NCBI GenBank assembly: GCA_041661425.1
Contig: JBAZUI010000001.1
Location: forward strand, 8,507-72,506
DNA: 64,000 nt
Direction of reading: 5' to 3'
DNA from: Patescibacteria group bacterium
GTDB taxonomy: Bacteria; Patescibacteriota; Patescibacteriia; UBA9934
Shown: one piece after another, positions 44,645 through 54,271 of the stretch
Layout: the number at the start of each line of letters is the position of its first letter
Numbering within the stretch: the stretch's first letter is position 1
Notes under the pieces: model-generated
Database searches by the model: none
Told to the model about the DNA's origin: nothing
Seen by the model: the letters and a program-made list of their open reading frames with translations, nothing else
Translations under genes and position numbers: made by a program

Positions 44645-45283
44645 ATGGGAAAGACATTACAAAAAATGGGTCGCATGAGCCGACGCGAAGGCGCCGCGCT
44701 TTCGACAAGCGAAAAAACCCTCAAGGTGATGCAACGCCGTCCTTATGGTCCGGGCGTTCATGGTCCGGCGGCCGCGCGTGGTGGCATGGGTGGTGGTAGT
44801 CGCATGACCGCTTACGGAAAGCAATTGCGCGAAAAGCAAAAGGCAAAGCGCATTTACGGCATCATGGAAAAACAATTTCGTAATTATTACGAAAAAGCAA
44901 TTAGCATCAAAGGAAATACCGCGGAAATTCTTCCACGTTTTCTTGAAATGCGTTTGGACAATACGGTTTTCCGACTTGGGTTTGCGAAAACGCGTCCTCA
45001 AGCTCGTCAAATGGTTTCGCACTGTTTATTTATGGTCAATGGCAAAACCGTGAACATCCCGTCGTATCAGGTTCGTGTGAACGATGTGGTGGAAATTCGT
45101 GAAAATAAAAAAGCAAAAGCGGTTTTCAATGATCTTGAGGAACGCTTAAAACATCATACGGTTCCGGGATGGCTCTCACTCGATCTTGCAACCCGAAAGG
45201 GAAAGATTGTCAGCCATCCGGAAGGGGAGGACTTGAAGGAAGTGTATGATCCAAAGCTCGTTGTTGAATTCTATTCACGCTAA
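44645..45283 (+). CDS. rpsD: 30S ribosomal protein S4
   Basis: SRREG N-terminal motif, S4 RNA-binding domain, and the expected operon position. Confidence 0.85.
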   Translation: MGKTLQKMGRMSRREGAALSTSEKTLKVMQRRPYGPGVHGPAAARGGMGGGSRMTAYGKQLREKQKAKRIYGIMEKQFRNYYEKAISIKGNTAEILPRFLEMRLDNTVFRLGFAKTRPQARQMVSHCLFMVNGKTVNIPSYQVRVNDVVEIRENKKAKAVFNDLEERLKHHTVPGWLSLDLATRKGKIVSHPEGEDLKEVYDPKLVVEFYSR

Positions 45284-45291
45284 TATTTTAT

Positions 45292-46086
45292 ATGGAGAAC
45301 ATTCTTCTTCCTTCGAAGATGACCTTTGCCCAGGGCTCGACGCCAAACGAGTCGGTGTTGACGATAGAGCCATTGCACCATGGCTATGGAATGACCGTTG
45401 GCAATATGCTTCGACGCGTTCTCCTTTCCTCATTGGAAGGAGCCGCGGTTTTGCAAGTAAAAATCAAAGGGGTTCAGCATGAATTCTCAACCCTCGAAGG
45501 CGTGAAAGAGGATATCCTCGAGATTATTTTGAACCTCAAGCAACTTCGCATGAAGGTCCATAGCGCCGATCCGATTGTTTTGCATCTTGATGTGAGCAAT
45601 CGTGAAGGAGCGGTTACGGCCGCGGATATTGAAGGAAATGCGGATGTAGAAATCATCAACAGCGATTTAGCTCTTGCGACCATGACCGCAAAAACCGGTC
45701 GTTTGATCATGGATATTACGGTCGGCCGTGGCCGAGGCTATCTTCCAACCGAGGAACGTGATACCACGGGAAATGACATTGGAGTGATTGCCGTGGATTC
45801 GCTGTTCAGCCCAGTCCTCAATGTGGGAATCCGCATTGAAAATACGCGCGTTGGCGAAATCACCAACTACGATAAGCTCATCATGACGATTTTGACCGAT
45901 GGCACCACCACGCCTCAAGCGGCTGTCATGGATTCAGTAAAAATCATCTTGAATCACTTTAACTGGATTGATGGCCAACTTTCTCATGCTTCATTGACGG
46001 AGAAAATTTCAGCGGCCAAGGATGAAGAAGAAGCAATCGCAGAAGCTCACGTTCCGGAGGAATCTCAATCGGAGGATGAATCATAA
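45292..46086 (+). CDS. rpoA: DNA-directed RNA polymerase subunit alpha (short, acidic C-terminal tail)
   Basis: N-terminal dimerisation domain motifs (GYGMTVGNMLRRVLLSS) in the operon context. The C-terminal domain appears reduced to an acidic tail. Confidence 0.85.
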   Translation: MENILLPSKMTFAQGSTPNESVLTIEPLHHGYGMTVGNMLRRVLLSSLEGAAVLQVKIKGVQHEFSTLEGVKEDILEIILNLKQLRMKVHSADPIVLHLDVSNREGAVTAADIEGNADVEIINSDLALATMTAKTGRLIMDITVGRGRGYLPTEERDTTGNDIGVIAVDSLFSPVLNVGIRIENTRVGEITNYDKLIMTILTDGTTTPQAAVMDSVKIILNHFNWIDGQLSHASLTEKISAAKDEEEAIAEAHVPEESQSEDES

Positions 46087-46088
46087 GT

Positions 46089-46439
46089 ATGCGCCATCGA
46101 AATGTTGTTAAAACCTTAAACCGTGTTTCCTCGAGTCGAAAAGCGCTTATGCGCGATCTCGCAACGAGCGTCATTGTGTATGAAAAAGTCACCATGACGG
46201 AAGCCAAAGGAAAAGCAGTTCGTCCAGAGGTCGAACACTTAATTACCATTGCAAAAAAAGGTGGTTTAACGGCTCGACGAACCTTGCTTTCGTATTTTTC
46301 GACTGAGCAGCCCGTCAATAAATTAATTGATGTGATTGCGCCACGATTGAAAGATCGTCAGGGCGGTTATACCCGTCTTACAAAACTTGGGCGACGTGCG
46401 GGGGATTGCGCGCCAACCGTTCAAATTGAAATCCTCTAG
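46089..46439 (+). CDS. rplQ: 50S ribosomal protein L17
   Basis: MRHRNVVKTLNRVSSSRKALMRDLATS signature. Confidence 0.9.
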   Translation: MRHRNVVKTLNRVSSSRKALMRDLATSVIVYEKVTMTEAKGKAVRPEVEHLITIAKKGGLTARRTLLSYFSTEQPVNKLIDVIAPRLKDRQGGYTRLTKLGRRAGDCAPTVQIEIL

Positions 46440-46440
46440 T

Positions 46441-46788
46441 ATGTCACGAGAAATTTATCATGTTGATGCCTCAGGAAAAATCCTCGGCCGTTTGGCCACG
46501 GATATTGCTTTGCATTTGATGGGCAAGCATAAAACAACGTACGTGCCAAACATCGATGACGGCGATGAAATCGTTGTCGTAAATGTTTCTGGAATTAAAG
46601 TGACTGGAAAGAAGATCGAACAAAAAGAATATATTCGTCACACGCAATATCCAGGTGGAATTCGCCGCCGCACGCTCAAGGTCTTGATCAAGGAAGATCC
46701 TGCTGAAGTGTTGCGCTTGGCCGTTTCCCGCATGCTTCCAAAGAATAAACATCGCGCACCACGTTTGGCGCGACTCAAGATTTCATAG
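46441..46788 (+). CDS. rplM: 50S ribosomal protein L13
   Basis: L13 core (ASGKILGRLAT...H) immediately before rpsI. Confidence 0.88.
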   Translation: MSREIYHVDASGKILGRLATDIALHLMGKHKTTYVPNIDDGDEIVVVNVSGIKVTGKKIEQKEYIRHTQYPGGIRRRTLKVLIKEDPAEVLRLAVSRMLPKNKHRAPRLARLKIS

Positions 46789-46789
46789 T

Positions 46790-47191
46790 ATGGCAGAAAA
46801 GAAATATTATCAGGGGATTGGACGTCGAAAGACGGCGATTGCACATGTTCGCTTGTTTTTGGGCGGATCCGGCGTCGTGACCGTGAATGGAAAAAAGATG
46901 AACGAGTATTTTGGGGCCCATACGACCCTTCACAATACCATTTCACGACCACTTACCGAGGTTGGAAAAGCCTCAATTGCGGATGTGGAAGCGAAAGTGA
47001 TTGGTGGTGGGTTGCGTGGTCAGGCTGATGCTATTTCGCTTGGCATTGCTCGCGCCATCATTGCGTACGATGAAACCATCAAGAAATCCCTCAAAGATAA
47101 AGGATTACTCACGCGTGATGCTCGCAAGAAGGAGCGCAAGAAGTTCGGAAAGCGTGGCGCTCGTCGTTCAACTCAGTGGCGTAAGCGTTAA
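46790..47191 (+). CDS. rpsI: 30S ribosomal protein S9
   Basis: GRRKTAIAHVRL...KFGKRGARRSTQWRKR C-terminus. Confidence 0.93.
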   Translation: MAEKKYYQGIGRRKTAIAHVRLFLGGSGVVTVNGKKMNEYFGAHTTLHNTISRPLTEVGKASIADVEAKVIGGGLRGQADAISLGIARAIIAYDETIKKSLKDKGLLTRDARKKERKKFGKRGARRSTQWRKR

Positions 47192-47218
47192 ACGGGCTTT
47201 GGCACAAGAGGAGAAAAG

Positions 47219-47241
47219 AAACCGCCAATTTGGCGGTTTTT
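47219..47241 (+). terminator. rho-independent terminator AAACCGCCAA-TT-TGGCGGTTT + TT
   Basis: Perfect 8-bp stem with a T-run after rpsI. Confidence 0.75.
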
Positions 47242-47282
47242 CGTTTGCGAAGAAGCCCATTCTCCACTATGATAGACCTCGT

Positions 47283-48746
47283 ATGGGAGAACGTCCGCTC
47301 GCAAAAAATACCCTGTATTTTACCCTTGCATCGATTGCGCAAAAGGTGATTGCTTTGGGGTATTTTACCGTGATTTCCAACGTGATTGGGACCAGTCAGA
47401 ATGGCATGTATTTTTTGGCTTTGGGCATTGCTACGATTTTGGCGGTTTTTGAGGATATTGGGCTCACCTCGGTCGCTGTTCGCGAGGTTGCCAAACACCC
47501 GGAAGATGCCGGGCTTTGGACGCGGACCGTCCTTGGATGGAAATGCTTTTCAATTCCTCTTTCGATTGGTCTTGCCTTTTTGATTCCCGTGCTTTTTGGG
47601 TATACGCCCGAGCTCACGACCCTCGTCCACCTGGCGATTTTTGTGATGATTGCGGATACGTTTTCTCTTTCGCTTTATGGGATTCTTCGAGGATTACATA
47701 CGCTCCGATACGAGTCTTTGGGAATTTTTCTCGGACAGAGCATGACTGCGCTCACGGGTCTCGCCTTTGTCTATTTTCATGTTGTCTCGCTTCCATTGCT
47801 TTTTGTTGCGGTGATTGCGGGAAGCGTGTGGAATGTACTGTTCTCGCTCTATCATTTGGTCCATCGTCTTGGATGGGGCATTCTTCGACCGAGTTTTGAA
47901 CTTGGATGGACCCCGATTCGTCTGTCCTTTGCTTTTTTCCTTTCCGCGGTTTTTGTGAAGGTCTATTCGTATGCGGATAGTTTTATTCTCAATGAGATTC
48001 TTGGAGAGGCAAGCGTTGGTATTTATGCGGTTGCCTATAAGTTCACCTATGCGTTTCAATTTTTGCCTCTGGCCTTTATTGCCGCACTCTATCCGGCCAT
48101 GAGTGCGGAAGCACATGATAGGGTAGCCCTGAAAAAAACGTTTCTTGATTCGATGTGGTATATCGCTTTGATGGTGTTCCCGATCGTTGGGGGAATTTTC
48201 GCTCTTGCACCCGAGATCATTCGCCTATTTTTTAAGGAAGAATTTTGGAGCGCAGGGCTTCCGTTGCAGGTTCTTATTTTTGCACTGCTCTTCATTTTCC
48301 TTGATTATCCCATTGGTTCGCTTTTGAATGCGAGCGGACGTCAAAATACAAAAACCGCCATCATGGGCGTCACCATGGTTCTCAACATCGTTACCAATCT
48401 TATTTTTATTCCTCTTTACGGGATTTTTGGCGCTTGTTTTTCCGCATTGATTTCATTTGCATTCATGTTCTTCTCTGGTTGGATCGTTTCGCAAAATGTC
48501 CTTCGATTTAGCGTCTTCGAATTTCTTCGACGCACGTGGGGAATTATTCTCAGCGCCACCGTGATGGTAATGGTTGTTTTGGTGGTGAAATCATCGTGCT
48601 CGCTCTTTTTTATAATGCCATTAGGAGCCCTGGTCTATGGTTTTGGTCTTCTGTTGACGCGTACCATTACCGCAGACCACTATCAACGAATCCGTTCGAT
48701 ACTTACTCGCAAATCCTATGTCGAAGATCACCCTCTTCACGAATGA
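47283..48746 (+). CDS. oligosaccharide/polysaccharide flippase (Wzx/MOP superfamily)
   Basis: ~12-14 TM helices with a MOP-flippase-like N-terminus (LAKNTLYFTLASIAQKVIALGYF). Start at MGERP; the upstream part of the track ORF overlaps rpsI. Confidence 0.65.
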   Translation: MGERPLAKNTLYFTLASIAQKVIALGYFTVISNVIGTSQNGMYFLALGIATILAVFEDIGLTSVAVREVAKHPEDAGLWTRTVLGWKCFSIPLSIGLAFLIPVLFGYTPELTTLVHLAIFVMIADTFSLSLYGILRGLHTLRYESLGIFLGQSMTALTGLAFVYFHVVSLPLLFVAVIAGSVWNVLFSLYHLVHRLGWGILRPSFELGWTPIRLSFAFFLSAVFVKVYSYADSFILNEILGEASVGIYAVAYKFTYAFQFLPLAFIAALYPAMSAEAHDRVALKKTFLDSMWYIALMVFPIVGGIFALAPEIIRLFFKEEFWSAGLPLQVLIFALLFIFLDYPIGSLLNASGRQNTKTAIMGVTMVLNIVTNLIFIPLYGIFGACFSALISFAFMFFSGWIVSQNVLRFSVFEFLRRTWGIILSATVMVMVVLVVKSSCSLFFIMPLGALVYGFGLLLTRTITADHYQRIRSILTRKSYVEDHPLHE

Positions 48747-49728
48747 TTATCCACCACACGTCGGGGGAGTTGCGTGCTATCTTGGTTCACTCAAGTCGGT
48801 CATGAGTGACAAGATGGATGTTATTTTTTATGAGGAGGAGACGCCTGGACGTTTACAAATCATCAAAGCGATGCGCCGGGTCGCAAAAAAAGGAGGTGAG
48901 GTTCTCGTGAGCCATATTTATCCTTTTGGAACGCTCGCTTTTTTCGCTCACGTTCCGTACTCGTTAATTTTTCACGGCATGGATTTTGATTTGGCTCGCA
49001 GAAATTGGTGGCGCGGTCTGCTCTCGCGATTCATCATTCGTGGCGCAAAAAATGTTGTCGCAAATTCCTTGGCTCTTGCTCGTGAGATTGCCGATTTTGC
49101 ATCGATTCCGCTCCCGATTGTTGCATCCCCTTGTGTCTCTGATGAGATGATCCGTGCCTGTGCATCATTTCACCGGGTCAAAAAAACGTCTGGTCCGATC
49201 ATCCTTTTAACCGTTGGGCGACTTGTTGAGCGAAAAGGCCATGCGCGGGTGCTTGCCGCGATGCGAAATATTCCATCGCTTGAGTATCATATTGTCGGTG
49301 ATGGGCCGTTTCGAGAATCACTCGAGGCAATGGTGGAAGACTCTGGATTGAAGTCACGGGTTCAGTTTTTTTCTTCTATTTCTCATGAAGAACTTCCGCG
49401 CTATTATCAAAACGCCGACATTTTTGTGATGCCAACAATTTCTTCGCCTGTTGATCGTGAGGGATTCGGAATTGTTTATCTTGAAGCCGGGCTTTTTGAA
49501 CTTCCCGTGATCGCCAGCGATCTCCCCGGAGTTGATGAGGCAGTGCTTGACCAGGTGACTGGCTGTCTTGTAAAGTCAGATGATGAGCTTTCACGTGTTT
49601 TGTCGGAGTTGGCAGGCGATTCAAGCCTTCGAGAGAAGCTTGGTCAAGCGGGAAAAGAACGTGCCAGATGCGAATTTTCAAAAGAGAAAACTTTTGCTCC
49701 CCTGATAAATCTATGGTTCACGGATTAG
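48718..49728 (+). CDS. family 1 (GT4-type) glycosyltransferase
   Basis: GT-B C-terminal motif region (EGFGIVYLEAGLFELPVIAS) and N-terminal YPPHVGG. Confidence 0.75.
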   Translation: MSKITLFTNDYPPHVGGVACYLGSLKSVMSDKMDVIFYEEETPGRLQIIKAMRRVAKKGGEVLVSHIYPFGTLAFFAHVPYSLIFHGMDFDLARRNWWRGLLSRFIIRGAKNVVANSLALAREIADFASIPLPIVASPCVSDEMIRACASFHRVKKTSGPIILLTVGRLVERKGHARVLAAMRNIPSLEYHIVGDGPFRESLEAMVEDSGLKSRVQFFSSISHEELPRYYQNADIFVMPTISSPVDREGFGIVYLEAGLFELPVIASDLPGVDEAVLDQVTGCLVKSDDELSRVLSELAGDSSLREKLGQAGKERARCEFSKEKTFAPLINLWFTD

Positions 49729-50423
49729 TTTCCATTATTATCCCAACCTATCAGCATGCCGACGCAATCCCGGCCTGTTTGAATTCGATTTTCAATCAAA
49801 CATATTCTTGCATTGAGATCATTATTGTTGACGATGGATCAACGGATCGAACACAAGAAGTGCTCGTTGATTATCGCAATCATGCGACCGTGATTCGTCA
49901 GGAAAATCAAGGGTCAAATCCAGCAAGAAATCGCGGATGGCGCGAAGCCGAAGGGGAGTATCTCATTTTTGTCGATGCCGATATCGTCATGAAGCCAAAT
50001 CTCATTGAACAATTGCTTCAAGCTCTCGAGACCCATGCGGATTGTTCATTTGCCTATTGTGCCTTTCGGTTTGGTTGGAAGAAGTTTCGAGGAGTCGCCT
50101 TTGATGCCTTGCGGTTGCGAAAAAGAAATTATATTCATACGACATCGCTCGTTCGTGCGGCGGATTTTCCCGGGTTTGATCCGGCCATCCGTCGTCTCCA
50201 AGATTGGGATGTCTGGCTCACCATGGTCGAGAAAGGGAAAAAGGGGGTCCTCGTTCCCGCTACGTTATTCACCGCGCGAATATTTGGTGCCTCTCGTATT
50301 GGATCTTCTTGGGTTCCTTCCTTCTTTTTCTCTATTCCTTGGAAGCGAATTGGGTGGACGCCACGCCTTGTTACTCGATACGAGGAAGCGCGCAAGGTCA
50401 TTGCCGCAAAGCATCATCTATGA
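49713..50423 (+). CDS. family 2 glycosyltransferase
   Basis: VSIIIPTYQ, DDGSTD and DAD motifs. Confidence 0.8.
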   Translation: MVHGLVSIIIPTYQHADAIPACLNSIFNQTYSCIEIIIVDDGSTDRTQEVLVDYRNHATVIRQENQGSNPARNRGWREAEGEYLIFVDADIVMKPNLIEQLLQALETHADCSFAYCAFRFGWKKFRGVAFDALRLRKRNYIHTTSLVRAADFPGFDPAIRRLQDWDVWLTMVEKGKKGVLVPATLFTARIFGASRIGSSWVPSFFFSIPWKRIGWTPRLVTRYEEARKVIAAKHHL

Positions 50424-51268
50424 AAGATCTCTCGATTATTGTCGTCACATTTAATGAAGACATCGAGATTCTGCGGGATTGTTTTACTTCGGTTACGGCG
50501 TCCGCGGGACTCAGCTGGGAGCTCTTAGTTGTTGATAATGCTTCACGGCCTGCAACAAAAAACCTCGCCGAATCCATTCCACAGACGCGTTACATTCCCA
50601 ATCCCACGAACCGTGGATTTGCCGCGGCCGTCAATCAAGGCTTAAAACTGTCCAATGGACGCTATCTACTTCTTTTAAATCCGGATACCCGATTTTCAAA
50701 TGAGACGCTCGCGACCATGGTGAAGCGGCTCGATGAGAACAATGAGGTCGGGATTGCCAGTGGTTTGATTCGTTATCCCGACGGTTCTCTTCAGGAGAGT
50801 ATTCGTCGATTTCCAACCGTCCTCGATCAATTGCTAATTCTCCTGAAGGTTCCGCATCTGTGCACAACAGCGACGGTTGATCGCTATATGATGCGTGAAG
50901 CGAATCCAATGCAGACGCAGGATGTTGATTCGATTATGGGCGCCTTCATGTTTTTGCGTCGCGCCTGTTTGGAAGACGTCGGTTTGTTTGATGAACAATA
51001 TTTTATTTGGTTCGAGGAGGTTGATTATTGTAAGATGGCCGTGCATCACGGTTGGAAAATTCGTCATTTCGGAGATATTGAGGTGACTCATCATAAAGGG
51101 CATGCCTTTGGGAAAATTGAAACTTTGAAAAAGCAACGATGGATTCGTGAGAGCTTGCGCAAGTATCTTTTGAAGCATCATGGTCGTGGTGTTTGGCTTG
51201 TGTTCTGGATTCTCACGCCAATTTTTCTTGTTCTTGCCTTGATCACCGCGCTCATCAAACGTCAATAA
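50420..51268 (+). CDS. family 2 glycosyltransferase
   Basis: LSIIVVTFNE, VVDNAS and DxD motifs; ATGA overlap with the upstream gene; C-terminal TM helix. Confidence 0.8.
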   Translation: MKDLSIIVVTFNEDIEILRDCFTSVTASAGLSWELLVVDNASRPATKNLAESIPQTRYIPNPTNRGFAAAVNQGLKLSNGRYLLLLNPDTRFSNETLATMVKRLDENNEVGIASGLIRYPDGSLQESIRRFPTVLDQLLILLKVPHLCTTATVDRYMMREANPMQTQDVDSIMGAFMFLRRACLEDVGLFDEQYFIWFEEVDYCKMAVHHGWKIRHFGDIEVTHHKGHAFGKIETLKKQRWIRESLRKYLLKHHGRGVWLVFWILTPIFLVLALITALIKRQ

Positions 51269-51269
51269 T

Positions 51270-52874
51270 ATGATGTTGAAACAATGGTTTTCACAACGAA
51301 CGCTTGTTCTCCTCCTTCTCGCGGTGGCCGTGCATCTTGGCGCATGGTTTTTTCGAGACACGATTTTTAGCCTTCCGTGTCTTCTCGCAGTTGGCGTGAC
51401 CATGGGGGTTTTTTCCTATCAAAATCTTCGTGGCGGATTACTTCTCGCGTTCTTCGAGATTTTCATCGGCGGGCACGGCCATCTTCTCGATGCGGATTTT
51501 TTCGGTTTCGCGCTCTCACTCCGTATGGTGATCTTCGTCGGCGTTTTGACGGCTTGGGCGATTCTTTTTTTTCAAAAGAAGGTGTCGTTGCATTGGGTGC
51601 CACTTCGGGATCTTCCGTGGATTATTTTCATGCTTGCGATTGCGATTGGGGCTTTGATCGGATTTTCGCAAAATGATTTTTCAAATGCATTTGATGATCT
51701 TAATAGTTATGCGAGCATCGCCTTTCTCTTGCCGCTTCTTTCGCTTTCGTGGAATCAAGAAGATCGTCGAGCCATTCTTCAAACGCTCATGGCCGCCGGC
51801 ATGTGGATCGTGGGTTCAACGCTTCTTCTTTCCTTCCTCTTCACTCATCTTCCGGGAAAGGCGAGTCATGAAATTTATACGTTTGTGCGCGATAGTCGCC
51901 TGGCGGAAATCACCTTGCAAACCGTGTCAAATAGTCGTGGGGAAGTGGTCGAACCGTGGATGGCCGCGCTTTTTGGGGCCGATGGATATTGGTATCGGAT
52001 TTTTATGCCCTCGCAATTTTTTGTGATTGTTCTTCTTCTCCTTTTCGTTGCCGCCGCTCTTGCCCTTTATAAAAAAGAACGACTTTCCGAATGGATCACC
52101 ATCGGATTGATTGGCGGAAGCGCTGCTCTCTTTTTGAGCTATTCTCGAAGTTTTTTTCTGGGACTTTTTTGCGCTGGAATTTTCTTAATTGGCCTTATTT
52201 GGTATTTTGAGCGTCCCAATCTTGTGCATCTTCTCAAGCGGTTGAGTTGGATTGGTATTTGCGGCGCGTTTGGTTTTGGCTTGGCCTGGATGAGTATTGC
52301 TGTTCCCATTCCCGCGCAACCGGATCTGACAGAGGCGACCTTTTACGAAACGAGTGCGGATACAAGTCGAAGCATGGCTGTTTCGAGTCGTTGGCAACTT
52401 CTTGGTCCGCTCATGGAAAGTATTTTTGCATCCCCGATTCTTGGATCAGGATTCGGAAAAGAAGTCACGTATATTTCCGATGATCCTCGCATTCGAGAAA
52501 TTGATCCCACAGGGGCGTATACCACGTATCGGTTTGAGTGGGGCTACCAGGACTTGTGGCTCAAAATGGGCTTGCTGGGGCTTGTGGCACTTGTGATTTA
52601 TACGGCCTCAATTGCGCTGGGGGTACTATTTACCTTGCACACCCATGGGTATAAATGGATTCTTCTTGGATGGCTTTCGGGTATTGCGGCGCTATTTGTC
52701 ATTCATATTTTTTCTCCGTATCTCAATCATCCAATTGGCATCACGACCCTCATGGTGATTCTTCCGTTTCTTGATTATCAAGGTCTTCTTGCGTCACGAG
52801 AAGATTACCGTGAACGTAAAAATATCAAAACCGTCGCCATGGCACAGCCAATAGCGAGCCGTCACGAAAGCTAA
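51270..52874 (+). CDS. O-antigen ligase / polymerase-family membrane protein
   Basis: Polytopic membrane protein with a Wzy_C-like loop region, at the end of the GT cluster. Confidence 0.55.
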   Translation: MMLKQWFSQRTLVLLLLAVAVHLGAWFFRDTIFSLPCLLAVGVTMGVFSYQNLRGGLLLAFFEIFIGGHGHLLDADFFGFALSLRMVIFVGVLTAWAILFFQKKVSLHWVPLRDLPWIIFMLAIAIGALIGFSQNDFSNAFDDLNSYASIAFLLPLLSLSWNQEDRRAILQTLMAAGMWIVGSTLLLSFLFTHLPGKASHEIYTFVRDSRLAEITLQTVSNSRGEVVEPWMAALFGADGYWYRIFMPSQFFVIVLLLLFVAAALALYKKERLSEWITIGLIGGSAALFLSYSRSFFLGLFCAGIFLIGLIWYFERPNLVHLLKRLSWIGICGAFGFGLAWMSIAVPIPAQPDLTEATFYETSADTSRSMAVSSRWQLLGPLMESIFASPILGSGFGKEVTYISDDPRIREIDPTGAYTTYRFEWGYQDLWLKMGLLGLVALVIYTASIALGVLFTLHTHGYKWILLGWLSGIAALFVIHIFSPYLNHPIGITTLMVILPFLDYQGLLASREDYRERKNIKTVAMAQPIASRHES

Positions 52875-53803
52875 AGTGTTGTTTCTAGAAAATCCGGATA
52901 CCCATTGAGAAAATCCTTGGCTGACATTTTTGATTTACTCTCGGGTTGAACGGAGAGAATCTCGAGTGCGGTTGTTGATGAGCCAATATAAAGTTTTCCT
53001 TCGATTGATCTCACGGATCCGGCCGGAATGCTGAGCTCACTTGGTCGAAGCTCGTGAATTTTAAGAGAAAGAGGTTTTCCAAATCGATTCCACAGACATG
53101 AGACTCCCGGCCAAGGGTAGAATGCGCGATACATCCGATCGATTTCTTCGCTACTTTTTTTCCAATCAATGATTCCATCTTCTCGGGTGAGCATGGAACA
53201 AATAATCGCCTCGGCGTGATTCTGTTCGCGCGGGGTGAGTGTTCCATTCTCGAGTGCATGAATGGTGGCTACGAGGAGTTTTGGACCGGCATGAAATATT
53301 TTTCCTTCCAGGGTTTGCATGGTCTCTCGTGAATCGAGTGGAAAAGCGAACTGCGCAAGAATCGGACCATGATCCATTTCGCGATCGAGTTTGATGATGG
53401 TTACTCCGCTTTCCATATCGCCGTGAAGAATGGCACTCTGCCGAGGGGAAGGACCACGATATTTTGGTAAAAGTGATGGATGGACGTTCACGGCGCCGAA
53501 TTTTGGAAGATCAAGAAGGGAAATCGGAATGATTTTTCCATAGGCAACCACCACGAAAAGATCTGCATGAAGATTTGTGATTGTTTCGAGCGCCTCTTTC
53601 GATTTGATGCGCTCAAACTCAAAAACCGGAAGACCGTGTTCTTTTGCAATGACTTTTACGGCTGAGGGGACAAGCTCCTTTTTTCGGCCCACGGGCTTGG
53701 ACGGTTGAGTGACAACTCCCACGATTTCAATAGCCTTATCGTCAATAAGCGCCTCAAGAAAAGGGACGGAGAAGGAAGGAGTACCAAAAAATACAATGCG
53801 CAT
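52871..53803 (-). CDS. fmt: methionyl-tRNA formyltransferase
   Basis: MRIVFFGTP N-terminus, formyltransferase SLLP-HG motif (VNVHPSLLPKYRG), and pairing with def. Confidence 0.92.
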   Translation of the reverse strand: MRIVFFGTPSFSVPFLEALIDDKAIEIVGVVTQPSKPVGRKKELVPSAVKVIAKEHGLPVFEFERIKSKEALETITNLHADLFVVVAYGKIIPISLLDLPKFGAVNVHPSLLPKYRGPSPRQSAILHGDMESGVTIIKLDREMDHGPILAQFAFPLDSRETMQTLEGKIFHAGPKLLVATIHALENGTLTPREQNHAEAIICSMLTREDGIIDWKKSSEEIDRMYRAFYPWPGVSCLWNRFGKPLSLKIHELRPSELSIPAGSVRSIEGKLYIGSSTTALEILSVQPESKSKMSAKDFLNGYPDFLETTL

Positions 53804-53806
53804 GCC

Positions 53807-54271
53807 TTATGTTTTATCGTGAATAGAAAGAGCTTTATCGATAAACAGAATCCCATCCAGATGATCAATCTCATGTTGAAAAACAATCGCCGACAGTCCG
53901 GTGGCTTTCACGGTTATGGGCTGGCCCTGATCGTTGAGGGCGCTCACGGTGACGCGCGTGTAGCGTTTGACGATTCCGACTTTTCCCGGGACGGAAAGAC
54001 AACCTTCTTCGCCTGCGACCTTACGCAAACCATGATGAATGATTTTTGGATTGAGAAAAGCATTGAATCCCTCTTTTGACGCAATGACGATCACGCGAAT
54101 AGATTCCCCGATTTGCGGAGCGGCCAAACCAACCCCATCTTCCTTGAGCATGGTTTCTCCCATATCGCGCACCAGTTCAGAAAAATTCGTGCGTGAAAAA
54201 TCTTCGGGTATCACGTCACGCGCGACTTCACGAAGCAGGGGATTGGGATGATGGAGAACCGGGCGAATCAT
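53807..54271 (-). CDS. def: peptide deformylase
   Basis: GLAAPQIG, EGCLSVPG and HEIDHLDG metal-binding motifs. Confidence 0.95.
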   Translation of the reverse strand: MIRPVLHHPNPLLREVARDVIPEDFSRTNFSELVRDMGETMLKEDGVGLAAPQIGESIRVIVIASKEGFNAFLNPKIIHHGLRKVAGEEGCLSVPGKVGIVKRYTRVTVSALNDQGQPITVKATGLSAIVFQHEIDHLDGILFIDKALSIHDKT

